Assembly (NCBI GenBank): GCA_041402125.1
Contig: JAWKSY010000002.1
Span: forward strand, 304,150 to 368,149
Direction of reading: 5' to 3'
Length of the DNA stretch: 64,000 nt
Source of the DNA: Planctomycetota bacterium
GTDB taxonomy: Bacteria; Planctomycetota; GCA-002687715; DRQF01
The position numbers and the translations under genes are program-made. Shown here piece by piece: positions 30,198 through 39,489 of the stretch (positions are counted from its first letter, which is position 1; each line of letters starts with the position of its first letter). Under the pieces are notes generated by a model. It searched no databases. It had not been told where the DNA came from and saw nothing but the letters and a program-made list of their open reading frames with translations.

Positions 30198-31430
30198 ATG
30201 AACGCGTCCCCGTCCGTTCCGGCCGGAGTCCGGTCGCCGTCCGCCCCGAGGCGCCCCGGGCGCTGGCGACGGCTCGCCGCCTGGTTCATCGTCTTCGCCG
30301 TGCTCCCCCTGACCGCGACGACCTGCCCCCTGCCCCGGGGTCTGGTCGTCGCGCCCTATCTGCAGCGCGTCGGCACGCACGAGGCGACGCTCCTCTGGGA
30401 GACGCGCCACCCCGGCGACTCCCGCGTCGACTTCGGTCCGACGGCCGAGCTCGGTCTCACCGCGCGCGTGGACGAGTGGGCGGCGATCCACGAGGTCCGT
30501 CTGACCGGGCTCGCCCCGGACTCGGAGGTCTACTACCGCGTCTCGAGCCGGACCCCCCTCGGTGAGGTCGAGAGCGAGATCCTGAGCTTCCGCACCGCGC
30601 CTGAGGACGACCGGCCCTTCAGCTTCGCGCTCGTCGGCGACACGCAGGATCAACCCGAGGTCTGGCGTCGGGTCGCGCGGCGGATCTTCGCCGAGCGACC
30701 GAGCTTCCTCGTCCACGCCGGCGACATCGTCGGCCACGGTCCGGTGAAGGACGAGTGGACGGAGGAGTTCTTCGAGCCCGCGGGGGCGATGTTCTCGCAC
30801 CTTCCCTTCTTCGCGGTCATCGGCAACCACGAGCAGGATGCGGGCTGGTTCTACCGCTACCTCGCGAATCCCGATCCCGAGTACCACTACTCCTTCCGCT
30901 GGAGCAGCGTCGAGTTCTTCATGCTCGACACGAATCGCCCGATCGGGCCCGAGACGCCGCAGTACCGCTGGCTCGACGGCGCGCTCGCGGCCTCCACGGC
31001 GCGATGGAAGATCGCCTGTCACCACCACCCGGTCTGGACCTCCGACGACGACGACTACGGTGACACGCACCGGCATCCGGTGCCGCCGGGGGATCCCGAC
31101 GCGCGCGCGCTGATCCCGCTCTACGAGAAGCACGGCGTCGACCTCGTGTTCTACGGGCACGTCCACGGCTACGAGCGCAGCCGACCGATCCGCGGCGATC
31201 ACGTCGACGAGGACCACGGCGTGGTGTACCTGCAGTCGGGGGGTGGGGGCGGGCGGCTCGACCGCGTCGCGACCAGCCGACGCTGGCACGCGGCCAAGAT
31301 CCGCTGCGACCACCACTTCGTCATGCTCGACGTGCAGCGCGACCGGATCGAGATCCGGGCGCACGACATCGAGGGCCGCCTCTTCGATCAGACCTCGATC
31401 GAGAAGGCGCCTCCGCTCGCGCGGGACTGA
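30198..31430 (+). CDS. purple acid phosphatase-like metallophosphoesterase
   Basis: Motifs GDTQ, GDIVGHG, GNHE, GHVHGYER. N-terminal PAP-like fibronectin domain. Signal anchor. Confidence 0.8.
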   Translation: MNASPSVPAGVRSPSAPRRPGRWRRLAAWFIVFAVLPLTATTCPLPRGLVVAPYLQRVGTHEATLLWETRHPGDSRVDFGPTAELGLTARVDEWAAIHEVRLTGLAPDSEVYYRVSSRTPLGEVESEILSFRTAPEDDRPFSFALVGDTQDQPEVWRRVARRIFAERPSFLVHAGDIVGHGPVKDEWTEEFFEPAGAMFSHLPFFAVIGNHEQDAGWFYRYLANPDPEYHYSFRWSSVEFFMLDTNRPIGPETPQYRWLDGALAASTARWKIACHHHPVWTSDDDDYGDTHRHPVPPGDPDARALIPLYEKHGVDLVFYGHVHGYERSRPIRGDHVDEDHGVVYLQSGGGGGRLDRVATSRRWHAAKIRCDHHFVMLDVQRDRIEIRAHDIEGRLFDQTSIEKAPPLARD

Positions 31431-31449
31431 TCCGCTCCTTCGCGGGGGA

Positions 31450-33429
31450 TCAGGGGACGCGGAGCTCGATCTCGGCCGTCCGGCCGGGGAGGATCGTCAC
31501 CGAGACGCTCGGGGCGTCCTCCGCGTCCTCGAGCTGGAAGCCGAGGTCGACGACGTAGCTGCCGGGCTCGACGGCGCGGAACCGGAAGCGTCCCCGGGCG
31601 TCGCTGAAGGCGCGCGCGACCTGCTCCGAGAGGATCATCCTCGAGATGGCGTCGCCGGCGTCGTCGGCGATCCCGCCCCGGAGTCCGACCTCGACGCCGG
31701 CGCGCGGGCGCCCCTCGGCGTCGACCACGACGCCCTCGATGAACCCCACCGGCGGCAGTTGCAGCTCGAGAGAGTCCAGCCCGTCCGGCCCGATCGTGAA
31801 TTCGAAGGGCGAGGAGGTGCCGAACTCCTCGTGGCGAGCGCTGATCGCGTAGCGGGCGCCCGGGGTCAGGCCTCCCAGGTCGAAGCGTCCCTCCGCATCG
31901 GCCGTCGCCTCGAGATTCTGGGCGGGGTGGAGGCGGGCGACGCCGTTCGCCGGGTCGGAGAGGGACAGGCTCCCGGAGGCGAGCTCACGCTCGGCCAGCT
32001 CGGCGTCGCCGGCGTAGTCGAGCAGTCGCGCGGAGACCACGGCGCCATCCGCGCCGCCGCCGCCGTGGCGACGCACCTGCCCCGAGACGCGCACCTCCGG
32101 CGGGACCTCGATCACGACGAAACGGAGTTCGCCGCTCTGCATCGCCGTGGTCTCGAAGTACCCCTCGGCGTGGCCCGCGAAGCGCGCCTGGACGCGCAGC
32201 CCGGAGGCTCCGAGTCCCTCGACGAGGAAGAGCCCCGGGCCGGGCGTCTCGCGCAGCGCGCTCGCCGCCTCCTCGCCGCGCAGGATCCGCGCCTCGCTCT
32301 CCCGGCCGCGCCCGAGGTACTCGGTGAGCTCGAGGGAGAGGGGTTCCAGCTCGCGTCCGCTCGCCGCGTCCCGGAGGCGCGCGCCGAAGCGACCGGCGTC
32401 CGGCAGCACGATCTCGAGGTCGTTCTCGTCGGGGCGCAGCACGCGATCACGCGGCGCGAGGAATCCGGGCCGGCTGACGAACAGGCGATGCGCGCGCGGC
32501 GTCAGGTCGGCGAGCTCGAACCGGCCGTCGGCGCCCGAGCGCGCGCGACGCGACAAGCGGTCGAGAAGGAGGGCGTCCTCCGCCGCGAAGCCGGTCGGAT
32601 CGAGACGGATCAGGGCGCCGGAGACCGCACCGCCCCGCTCGTCGCGGACCACGCCGCGGAGCGTCCGGCCGCGGGAGAGGCGCACCTCGACGGGCGCGGT
32701 GTCGGGGCCGACGATCACGTCGCGCGCGGCCCAGGGGAGGAAACCCTCCGCCTCGATCAGGATCTGTTGCGCTCCGGGCGCCAGCCCCTCCGCGCGGGCC
32801 GTTCCTGCGATGTCGGTGGCGATCGTCCGGGCGGCGGCCTCGTCGATGCCGGCGAGGAAGATGCCGCCGTCGCGGCGGTCGCGGCCGCGGCGACGGAAGG
32901 GTCCCACCTGGACGGCGGCTCCGACGACGGGTCGGTCGTCCTCGTCGCGAACGCGGACGTCGAGATGGCAGCCCGGGGCCAGCACGACGTCTCCGAGGTC
33001 CGTCGCCCGTCCGGTGAAGAGGAGATCCTCGCGAAGCCCGTCGATGCGTCCCGGCGCCTTCGCGCGGAGGTCCGCGCCGAGGTAGTGCTCGACGGCGAAG
33101 GAGAAGCGTCCGGTCGCGTCGGCGCGGAGACGCCGCGGCGGCGGGACGACGAGCGTCTCCGGCGCGCCGGGCGGGGCGCGGAAGGTCAGGGTGACGTCCG
33201 CCGCGACGGGGGCGCCGGTCTCGTCGACGCAGCGGCCCGAGAGATCGGCCGCGCCGACGGCCTCGGGTTCGGCGGGGCCCGCCTCGCGACGGGTCGCGCG
33301 GGGAGCCTCCGTCGGTGCGGTCTCGTCGCGCGTCGCGACCTCGCCGTCCTCGCTCCGGAGCGAGGACCACAGGGTGATCCCGGCGGCGGCGGCCGCCAGG
33401 ACCAGGAGCGCGATCAGGAGTTTCTGCAT
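31450..33429 (-). CDS. secreted protein with carboxypeptidase-regulatory-like (CarbopepD_reg) repeats
   Basis: Signal peptide MQKLLIALLVLAAAAAG. Multiple G(R/V)VVD(A/E)(E/D)G.P..GA.V motifs. Confidence 0.7.
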   Translation of the reverse strand: MQKLLIALLVLAAAAAGITLWSSLRSEDGEVATRDETAPTEAPRATRREAGPAEPEAVGAADLSGRCVDETGAPVAADVTLTFRAPPGAPETLVVPPPRRLRADATGRFSFAVEHYLGADLRAKAPGRIDGLREDLLFTGRATDLGDVVLAPGCHLDVRVRDEDDRPVVGAAVQVGPFRRRGRDRRDGGIFLAGIDEAAARTIATDIAGTARAEGLAPGAQQILIEAEGFLPWAARDVIVGPDTAPVEVRLSRGRTLRGVVRDERGGAVSGALIRLDPTGFAAEDALLLDRLSRRARSGADGRFELADLTPRAHRLFVSRPGFLAPRDRVLRPDENDLEIVLPDAGRFGARLRDAASGRELEPLSLELTEYLGRGRESEARILRGEEAASALRETPGPGLFLVEGLGASGLRVQARFAGHAEGYFETTAMQSGELRFVVIEVPPEVRVSGQVRRHGGGGADGAVVSARLLDYAGDAELAERELASGSLSLSDPANGVARLHPAQNLEATADAEGRFDLGGLTPGARYAISARHEEFGTSSPFEFTIGPDGLDSLELQLPPVGFIEGVVVDAEGRPRAGVEVGLRGGIADDAGDAISRMILSEQVARAFSDARGRFRFRAVEPGSYVVDLGFQLEDAEDAPSVSVTILPGRTAEIELRVP

Positions 33430-33544
33430 CCGTCACCTCGCTTCGAAGACGCGCATGATCCGCCGTAGTATACAGTCGTCCGTCGCTTCGACCCGAGAGG
33501 GAGAGCGGCGATCGTCGCGCCCGGGTTCATCCCCACGGAGTTGC

Positions 33545-34876
33545 ATGAAGATGTCGATCCCCTCTCCTTTCCTGCGCGTCCTCGTGCTGCTCCTCGTCGT
33601 CGCGCCGGCGGTCCTCGCGCAGCGGGACGACTCGGCCGAAGCGCGCTTCGAGCGGGGCAAGAAGGCCTTCGACCGGATGGAGGTCGAGGGCGCCCGGGAG
33701 GAACTCGAGGCCGCGCTGGCGGTCACCGAGGGCCCGCTCGCGGCGCCCCGGAAGCTCGAGGCCGAACGTCTCCTCGGCCTGATCGCCCAGTACGCGCAGC
33801 GCACGGCGGACGCCGTCACGTGGAACACCCGCGCCCTCGCGACCCTCACCGGAATCGAGGGCGTGAAGTCACCGGCGCTCGTGCCGCTGCTCGTGGAGCT
33901 CGCCCGCTCGCTCAAGGACGACGGCCAGCTTCCCGAGTCGCTGGCCCCGCTCGAACGAGCCCTCGTCCTCCTCGCGCCGGCGGCCGAGACCGAGGGCGAG
34001 CGGATCGCGGCGATCCGCTTCGACCTCGCGCGCTCGGCCAAGCTCGCCGGTCGTCGGGAGCTCGCGCTCGACAACTTCCTCCTCTACCTCGCGGCCCGGG
34101 AGAAGGCGCTCGGTCCGGACTCGGGCGACCTCGCCTACCCGCTCGAACAGATCGCGGCCCTCCAGATCGGCCTCGGACGCAAGAAGGACGCCCTCGCGAC
34201 CTGGGAGCGCTGGATGGCCCTCTTCGAGAAGCTCAAGGGACCGAAGAGCCCGGCCCTCTGCCGCGGTCTCGACGCCACGAGTCGGCTCCGGATCGCGCTG
34301 GGTGACGCCGACGGCGCCGAGAAGGACGTCCAGCGCTGGCTGTCCCTCCTCCTGAAGGTCACCGTCGAGCACCCCGAGATCGCGACCGCCGAGCACCGCT
34401 TCTCGATGCTCGAGGACGCGCGCGGCAATCACGAGGAGGCGCTCCGTCACCTCGACGCGGCGCTCCTGCAGACTCGCAAGATCCGCGGGCCGGGGGCGCT
34501 CGCCTTCGGGAAGTTCCAGCTCGATCGGGCCGACCTGCTCCGGCGCATGAAGCGGCTCGACGAGGCGCTCGCCGCGGCCGAGACCGGCTGCGCGATCCTG
34601 GTGAAGAAGCGCGCGGGAGACGACGTGGAAGTCGTCCTCGGCTTCCTCGAACGGGGCCGGGTCCACCTCGATCGCGAGGAATGGGATCTGGCGGCCGCCG
34701 ACTTCCGCCGCGTCACCGGGTCCTGGGAGCGGATCGGAGGTCCGAAGCATCCCGCGCTCGCCGAGCCGCTCGGCTTCCTCGCCACCGCCCTCGAGAAGAA
34801 GGGCGGGGAGGAGGCGGCGAAGGAGGCGGCCGCGCTGCGCGGGCGCGTGAAGGAGATCGAGGCCGCCGCGCGCTGA
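33545..34876 (+). CDS. TPR-repeat protein, secreted
   Basis: MKMSIPSPFLRVLVLLLVVAPAVLAQ signal peptide. Helical TPR-like repeats. Its last about 30 nt form the first unit boundary of the downstream tandem array. Confidence 0.75.
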   Translation: MKMSIPSPFLRVLVLLLVVAPAVLAQRDDSAEARFERGKKAFDRMEVEGAREELEAALAVTEGPLAAPRKLEAERLLGLIAQYAQRTADAVTWNTRALATLTGIEGVKSPALVPLLVELARSLKDDGQLPESLAPLERALVLLAPAAETEGERIAAIRFDLARSAKLAGRRELALDNFLLYLAAREKALGPDSGDLAYPLEQIAALQIGLGRKKDALATWERWMALFEKLKGPKSPALCRGLDATSRLRIALGDADGAEKDVQRWLSLLLKVTVEHPEIATAEHRFSMLEDARGNHEEALRHLDAALLQTRKIRGPGALAFGKFQLDRADLLRRMKRLDEALAAAETGCAILVKKRAGDDVEVVLGFLERGRVHLDREEWDLAAADFRRVTGSWERIGGPKHPALAEPLGFLATALEKKGGEEAAKEAAALRGRVKEIEAAAR

Positions 34877-35700
34877 TCCCGGCGGAGCCGGGGTGCCGGC
34901 ACGGCGCCCCTCACCGGGTGAGCCTTTTGGGCGAGCCGGTTTCGAATGCGGGCGCGGTGGAACGGAGATGCGAGTACGGTGCCAGTCACCGGATGAGCAT
35001 TTCCGGGCGAGTCGGCTTCGCATGCGGATGCGGTGGAACGGAAATGCTCATCCGGTGACTGGCACCGTACTCGCATCGGGAGTCCGGCAGCGCGCGCGCA
35101 TCGGTGGGGCGAATCGGTCTCATGGACGGGCGGCGAGGATGCGCTCGACCGGTGCGAAGGAGATCGAGGCCGCCGCGCGTTGATCCGGCAGAGCCGGGGG
35201 TGCCGGCACAGGTGCCCTCACCGGGTGAGCCTTTCGGGCGAGCCGGTTTCGTATGCGGGCGCGGATAGAGCGGAGATGCGAGTACGGTGCCAGTCACCGG
35301 ATGAGCATTCCGGGCGAGTCGGCTACGCGTGCGGGCGCGGTGGAACGGAAATGCTCATCGGTGACTGGCACCGTACCCGCATCGGGAGTCCGGCACCGCG
35401 CCGGTGGGGCGAATCGGTCTCATGGACGGGCGAGGATGCGCGCTCCCGACCGATTTGCGTGAAAGGAGATCGAAGCCGCGGCGCGCTGATCCGTCCGGAT
35501 CAGGGTGCCGGCGACCGCCCCTCACCGGGTGAGCCTTTCGGGCGAGCCGGTTTCGTATGCGGGCGCGGTGGAATGCAGATGCTGTACGGTGCCAGTCACC
35601 GGATGAGCATTCCGGGCGAGTCAGTTTCGCATGCGGACGCGGTGGAACGGAAATGCTCATCAGGCGGCTGGCACCATGCCTCTCGGGCGACTCAGACGGC
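34847..35700. repeat. tandem array of about 2.8 units (period about 307 bp) of a structured repeat with a 34-bp perfect inverted repeat
   Basis: Unit boundaries (the gene-tail copy aggagatcgaRgccgcSgcgcgYtgatcc) sit at about 34847, 35152 and 35457. The hairpin arms gatgcgagtacggtgccagtcaccggatgagcat and their reverse complement lie at 34967-35000 and 35044-35077 in unit 1. Units 2 and 3 are progressively degenerate, and unit 3 is truncated. Confidence 0.85.
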
Positions 35701-35713
35701 CGCCGAGAAAGAG

Positions 35714-35749
35714 AAAGGGGTCGGACCTCGGTGAGGTCCGACCCCTTTC
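35714..35749. terminator. bidirectional intrinsic terminator
   Basis: aaaggggtcggacc-tcggtga-ggtccgacccctttc. On the minus strand it is followed by a UUUCUCUUUCUC tract just after the stop of the di-heme peroxidase gene. Confidence 0.6.
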
Positions 35750-35773
35750 ACGTGCGCGCGAGGGCGCGTCGGA

Positions 35774-37192
35774 TCAGTTGTTGACGTCCTTGTCCGCCGG
35801 TCCGAGATCCTCGCTGGGGTTCTTCGGCGTCCGCAGCGAGCGGAGCAGCGCGAGGACCTTCAGCTTCTGGCTGTCGGGCAGGTTGGCGAAGTTGTCACGC
35901 GCGGTCTGGGCCTCGCCGCCGTGCGCGAGGATCGCGTCGCTGATGGTCAGCGCGCGGCCGTCGTGCAGGTAGGGGGCGGTGTCCGCGACGCCCCAGAGGC
36001 GCATCGTCGTGAACTCGGCGTCGAGCGGCGAACCGAAGGACTCGGTGAGGCCCGGGCCCATGTCGTGACGCTTGAGGTCGGCGAAGCAGTTCACCGCGAC
36101 GCCGGCGCCCGGCACGTTCTGGAAGCGCATCGGGTTCGACTTCAGGTTCACGCTCATGTAGACGTTGGCCGACGGGTCGGTCGGGTCGTCGGGGAACGAG
36201 AAGGTGTGCGTGTTCGAGTCGGTCGTCAGGACCGGCTTGTGGCACTCGGCGCAGCCGATCGAGGCGAAGATCTGGAGGCCCTGGGCCGCGCCCCACTTGG
36301 GCTTGAACTGCGGCTTCGGCTGCATGTTGGCGAAGACGTGGAGGACCGACATCTCGCCGATCATGAGCTCGTCGGTGACGCCGTCGTTGTCGCCGTCGAC
36401 GCCGCTGCCGACGACCTCTTCCGGCTCCATGCCGAAGTGGAACTGCATCGCGCCGCGGTCGAAGTCGCGGGTCGTGTGGTTCTCACCCTTGCGACCGAAG
36501 GGACGGACGACGAGATCCTCGTCGACGCCCTCGACGCCGCTGTAGTCGAAGTCGGTGCCGTCGTAGCTGATGTGGCCGAAGCTGACACTGTGCGTGAGCA
36601 GCGAGACGACGGTCCCCGGGTTGGCGAAGGCCTGGGCCTTGGCGGCGAGCAGGTCGGTCGTCATCTCCTTGCCGAGGGCCTCGATGCCGCCCGCGCCGAA
36701 GAGGAAGGGCGGGTTGATCAGGCGTCCGTTGTAGTTCGCGAAGCCGTTGTTGTCGCTGTCGTCGACGTCGATCTCGGTCGCCATGAACAGCGCGCTGTTC
36801 GCGATGCCGGCGACGCCGCCGATGCCCAGCTCGGCGGGAATCGACGAGTTGCTGACGACGCCGTGGCACTCCTGGCAGGTCTGGGCGTCGAGGCCGTTGA
36901 CGCGCAGGAAGGTGCCGTTGTTCTGGAGCGACGGGCGGTTCGGGAAGCTCGTGTGGTCGGGGTTGTTGACGTCGTAATTGACGCCGTAGCCGTCGAGCTT
37001 GTTGAAGGGCGTCGTGAAGATGCGCCGACCCTCGCGGCGGATCTGGTGGACGTTCATGCCACCGCCGGTGACGTCGGCCTGCGTGATGCGGTTGCCGAGG
37101 TTCGGGTCGTGGCCGACCTGAGCCGACACGACGCCGGCGAGAAAGAGCGACATGAGCACGGGGAGTGCCGCACTTGATGCGCGGAACGTCAT
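35774..37192 (-). CDS. di-heme cytochrome c peroxidase-like oxidoreductase (DUF1111 family)
   Basis: Signal peptide. Two CXXCH motifs, CQECH and CAECH. Length and spacing are typical of DUF1111 thiol oxidoreductase/peroxidase. Confidence 0.8.
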   Translation of the reverse strand: MTFRASSAALPVLMSLFLAGVVSAQVGHDPNLGNRITQADVTGGGMNVHQIRREGRRIFTTPFNKLDGYGVNYDVNNPDHTSFPNRPSLQNNGTFLRVNGLDAQTCQECHGVVSNSSIPAELGIGGVAGIANSALFMATEIDVDDSDNNGFANYNGRLINPPFLFGAGGIEALGKEMTTDLLAAKAQAFANPGTVVSLLTHSVSFGHISYDGTDFDYSGVEGVDEDLVVRPFGRKGENHTTRDFDRGAMQFHFGMEPEEVVGSGVDGDNDGVTDELMIGEMSVLHVFANMQPKPQFKPKWGAAQGLQIFASIGCAECHKPVLTTDSNTHTFSFPDDPTDPSANVYMSVNLKSNPMRFQNVPGAGVAVNCFADLKRHDMGPGLTESFGSPLDAEFTTMRLWGVADTAPYLHDGRALTISDAILAHGGEAQTARDNFANLPDSQKLKVLALLRSLRTPKNPSEDLGPADKDVNN

Positions 37193-37551
37193 GGTTGCTT
37201 CCTCCCAAGGGGCAGGATCGGGACCCAGGGGTCGTACCGGATTACTGGCGCATTGGAAAACGGCGACCCGTGGGGAAGCCGGGTCGTCCGCAGGATACCC
37301 GATGGCCCATGCCGCGGACGCGGGCGAAGTTACGCGGAACGCGTGGGATTTGCGGGGAAGAAGGCGCCTGGCGGCGAATGAGATCCAGTCTCAGATGCGG
37401 TGTCTCCGCGCCTCGGATCGAGTTCGAACGCGACGACGGCGGGCGCGCCGGTCGGAAGGAGGGTATCGAGGCGGAGATACGCCGATGGGGGCCGGCGCGA
37501 GTCGACGGAGTCGCGTCGGATCGACGGCGGAGAGGAGCCCTTCGAGGTCGG

Positions 37552-39489
37552 TCAGAAGCTGAAGCCGAAGCCGAAGTGGATCTGGAAGCTCGAGTCGGCG
37601 GCGAAGCGGCGTCCGGGGTTGATCGCGAAGTCGAGACGCAAGGGGCCGACGGGCAGGTAGTAGCGGAGACCGACTCCGATCGCGTGGCCGAAGGGGCCGC
37701 CGAAGTCGAAGGAGTCCCGGCCCACGGTGCCGAGCTCGTAGAACAAGGCGCCGTGAAGATCGCCGATCAGGCGGTGGCGCAGCTCGACGTGGGCGTCGAG
37801 CACGCTCAGACCGCCCAGCGGGTCGCCCCCGGGGTCGAAGGGTCCGAGCTCGGACTCGCCGAAGGAGCGGATCGTGGACTCGCCGCCGAGGAAGTAGCGC
37901 TCCTGGATCGGGAGGTTCGGAGCGTCGTCGAGGATGTGCCGTGTCGCGGCCCGGAAGCCGAAGGCGAGGACCGCGTCCTCCCAGAGTTCCTCGTGGTGGA
38001 ACCAGCTCGCGCTGAGCTCGATGAAGTCCAGGTCGGCGAGGAGCGCGGGGCTGCTCCAGAAGGTCCCGGCCTGCAGGACGCCGCCCGCCGTCGGCAGCAC
38101 CGGATCGTCCCGCGTGTCGCGACGGTAGCTCAGGAAGAGACCCGCCTCGCGGGAGTCGCCCTCGGCCGCGACGTCGTCCGGCAGCTCCGCCGTCACCTCC
38201 GTCACCGAGCTGAAGACGAAGCGGTAGCCGCCCGTGAGCGAGCTCTGCTCGTCGAAGTCGTGGCGCAGCGAGAGCGCGAAGTCGAGGGACGAGCGCGTGA
38301 AGCTCGGTTCGACGCGATACTCGGTGCCCGCCGTCGCGCGCAGGACGTTCGGGCGTCCGAGGAGATAGGGATCGGTGATTCCCACCTCGAAGCGCGCCGA
38401 CTTCAGGGACCCCTGCAGCTCCGCATCGAGGACGCGTCCGACGCCGAAGAGGTTGCGATCGCGGTAGTGGACGCCGCCGCGCAGGAGCTCGTAGCTCCCG
38501 AAGCCGCCGAAGAACTCGACGCTGCGGGCCTCGGCCTCGGTGGGGGTGACCACCACGTCGGCCGGCTGGCGCCCGGCGTCGCCCTCGCCCTCGACGGGGA
38601 CGATCTTCACGTCCACGCGCTGGAGGATGCCCGACTCGTAGAGGCGGTCGATCGCGGCGTCGAGCTCCGACTGGGCGATCGGTTCGCCCTCGCGGAGGTC
38701 CATGAGCTCGCGCAGGAACTCGGGGGCGGTGCGTTCGGTCTCGCCGATCTCGACCGCGCGGAGGGCGTGGCGGGGGCCGGGTCGGATCTCGAAGGTCACG
38801 CGGGCGACGGCGGATTCCCGGTCGAGCTCCGTGCGGGTGGAGACCTCGCCCCGGTGGTGCCCCCGCTCCTTCAGGACCCCGCGGAAGACGGCCGCGACCT
38901 CGGCCGGACGCCGCGTGTGGAACACGCGCTCGTCGGCGGGGGGGAGTCGCCGGCGCAGCTCCTCGCGGAGGTCCGCCTCGATGTCGGTGTCGAGCGGCGC
39001 GAACTCGAGCGACCAGCGCCGGCCGAGGGCGACGGCGACGAGCGGTCGGGCCGCGGCGCCGTCCTCGGCGATGCGGGGCTCGACCTCGGTCATCTCGACC
39101 TCGTGGAAGCCGGCCAGCAGCGCGGCCGCCTCCATCTGGGAGGCGGCCTCCGAGAGCACGGTCTCGCGGAAGGGCTCGCCGACGAGCGGCTCGACGAAGC
39201 GCCGCAGGTCGAGCCCTTCGGCCGGCCCCGTCACCTCGACGTCGACCTCGGTCACCGTGCAGACCGGTCCCTCCTCGATCTCGAAGACGATCTCGGACGC
39301 GGTCGCGGCGTCGGGGTCGGCGACGGGACGGACGGCGGCGCGAGGGCGCCCCGACTGACGGATCCGACGACGCATGGCGTAGGCCGCGTCGTCGAGGTCG
39401 GCGAAGCGCCGATGCTCGCGGAAAGCCGCGAGCTCGCGACGCGCGGTGAAGAAAGTCGCGGTCAGGACGGCGTCGTTGCCGCGCAGCAC
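37552..39489 (-). CDS. tamA: TamA/BamA-family Omp85 outer-membrane protein (5' end unresolved)
   Basis: POTRA-like segments. C-terminal beta-barrel ending ...QIHFGFGFSF. The frame stays open upstream of the GTG at 39489 with no start codon or signal peptide, so the N-terminus is probably frameshifted. Confidence 0.75.
   Translation of the reverse strand: MLRGNDAVLTATFFTARRELAAFREHRRFADLDDAAYAMRRRIRQSGRPRAAVRPVADPDAATASEIVFEIEEGPVCTVTEVDVEVTGPAEGLDLRRFVEPLVGEPFRETVLSEAASQMEAAALLAGFHEVEMTEVEPRIAEDGAAARPLVAVALGRRWSLEFAPLDTDIEADLREELRRRLPPADERVFHTRRPAEVAAVFRGVLKERGHHRGEVSTRTELDRESAVARVTFEIRPGPRHALRAVEIGETERTAPEFLRELMDLREGEPIAQSELDAAIDRLYESGILQRVDVKIVPVEGEGDAGRQPADVVVTPTEAEARSVEFFGGFGSYELLRGGVHYRDRNLFGVGRVLDAELQGSLKSARFEVGITDPYLLGRPNVLRATAGTEYRVEPSFTRSSLDFALSLRHDFDEQSSLTGGYRFVFSSVTEVTAELPDDVAAEGDSREAGLFLSYRRDTRDDPVLPTAGGVLQAGTFWSSPALLADLDFIELSASWFHHEELWEDAVLAFGFRAATRHILDDAPNLPIQERYFLGGESTIRSFGESELGPFDPGGDPLGGLSVLDAHVELRHRLIGDLHGALFYELGTVGRDSFDFGGPFGHAIGVGLRYYLPVGPLRLDFAINPGRRFAADSSFQIHFGFGFSF

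Noticed and set aside
34931-34950. tRNA-like T-arm 'ggtttcgaatgcgg'
   Set aside because: There is no GGTTCGAATCC consensus, no cloverleaf-compatible flanks and it is part of a repeat. No tRNA is supported anywhere in the window.
34847-35700. Possible CRISPR array
   Set aside because: The period is about 307 bp with no unique short spacers, and the repeats are long and structured. It is not CRISPR.
34893-35734. Small and medium ORFs inside the tandem repeat (for example 35033-35734, 233 aa)
   Set aside because: Entirely repeat-derived and internally repetitive, with no RBS or signal. They end with the duplicated gene-tail peptide KEIEAAAR, which shows they are by-products of the repeat.
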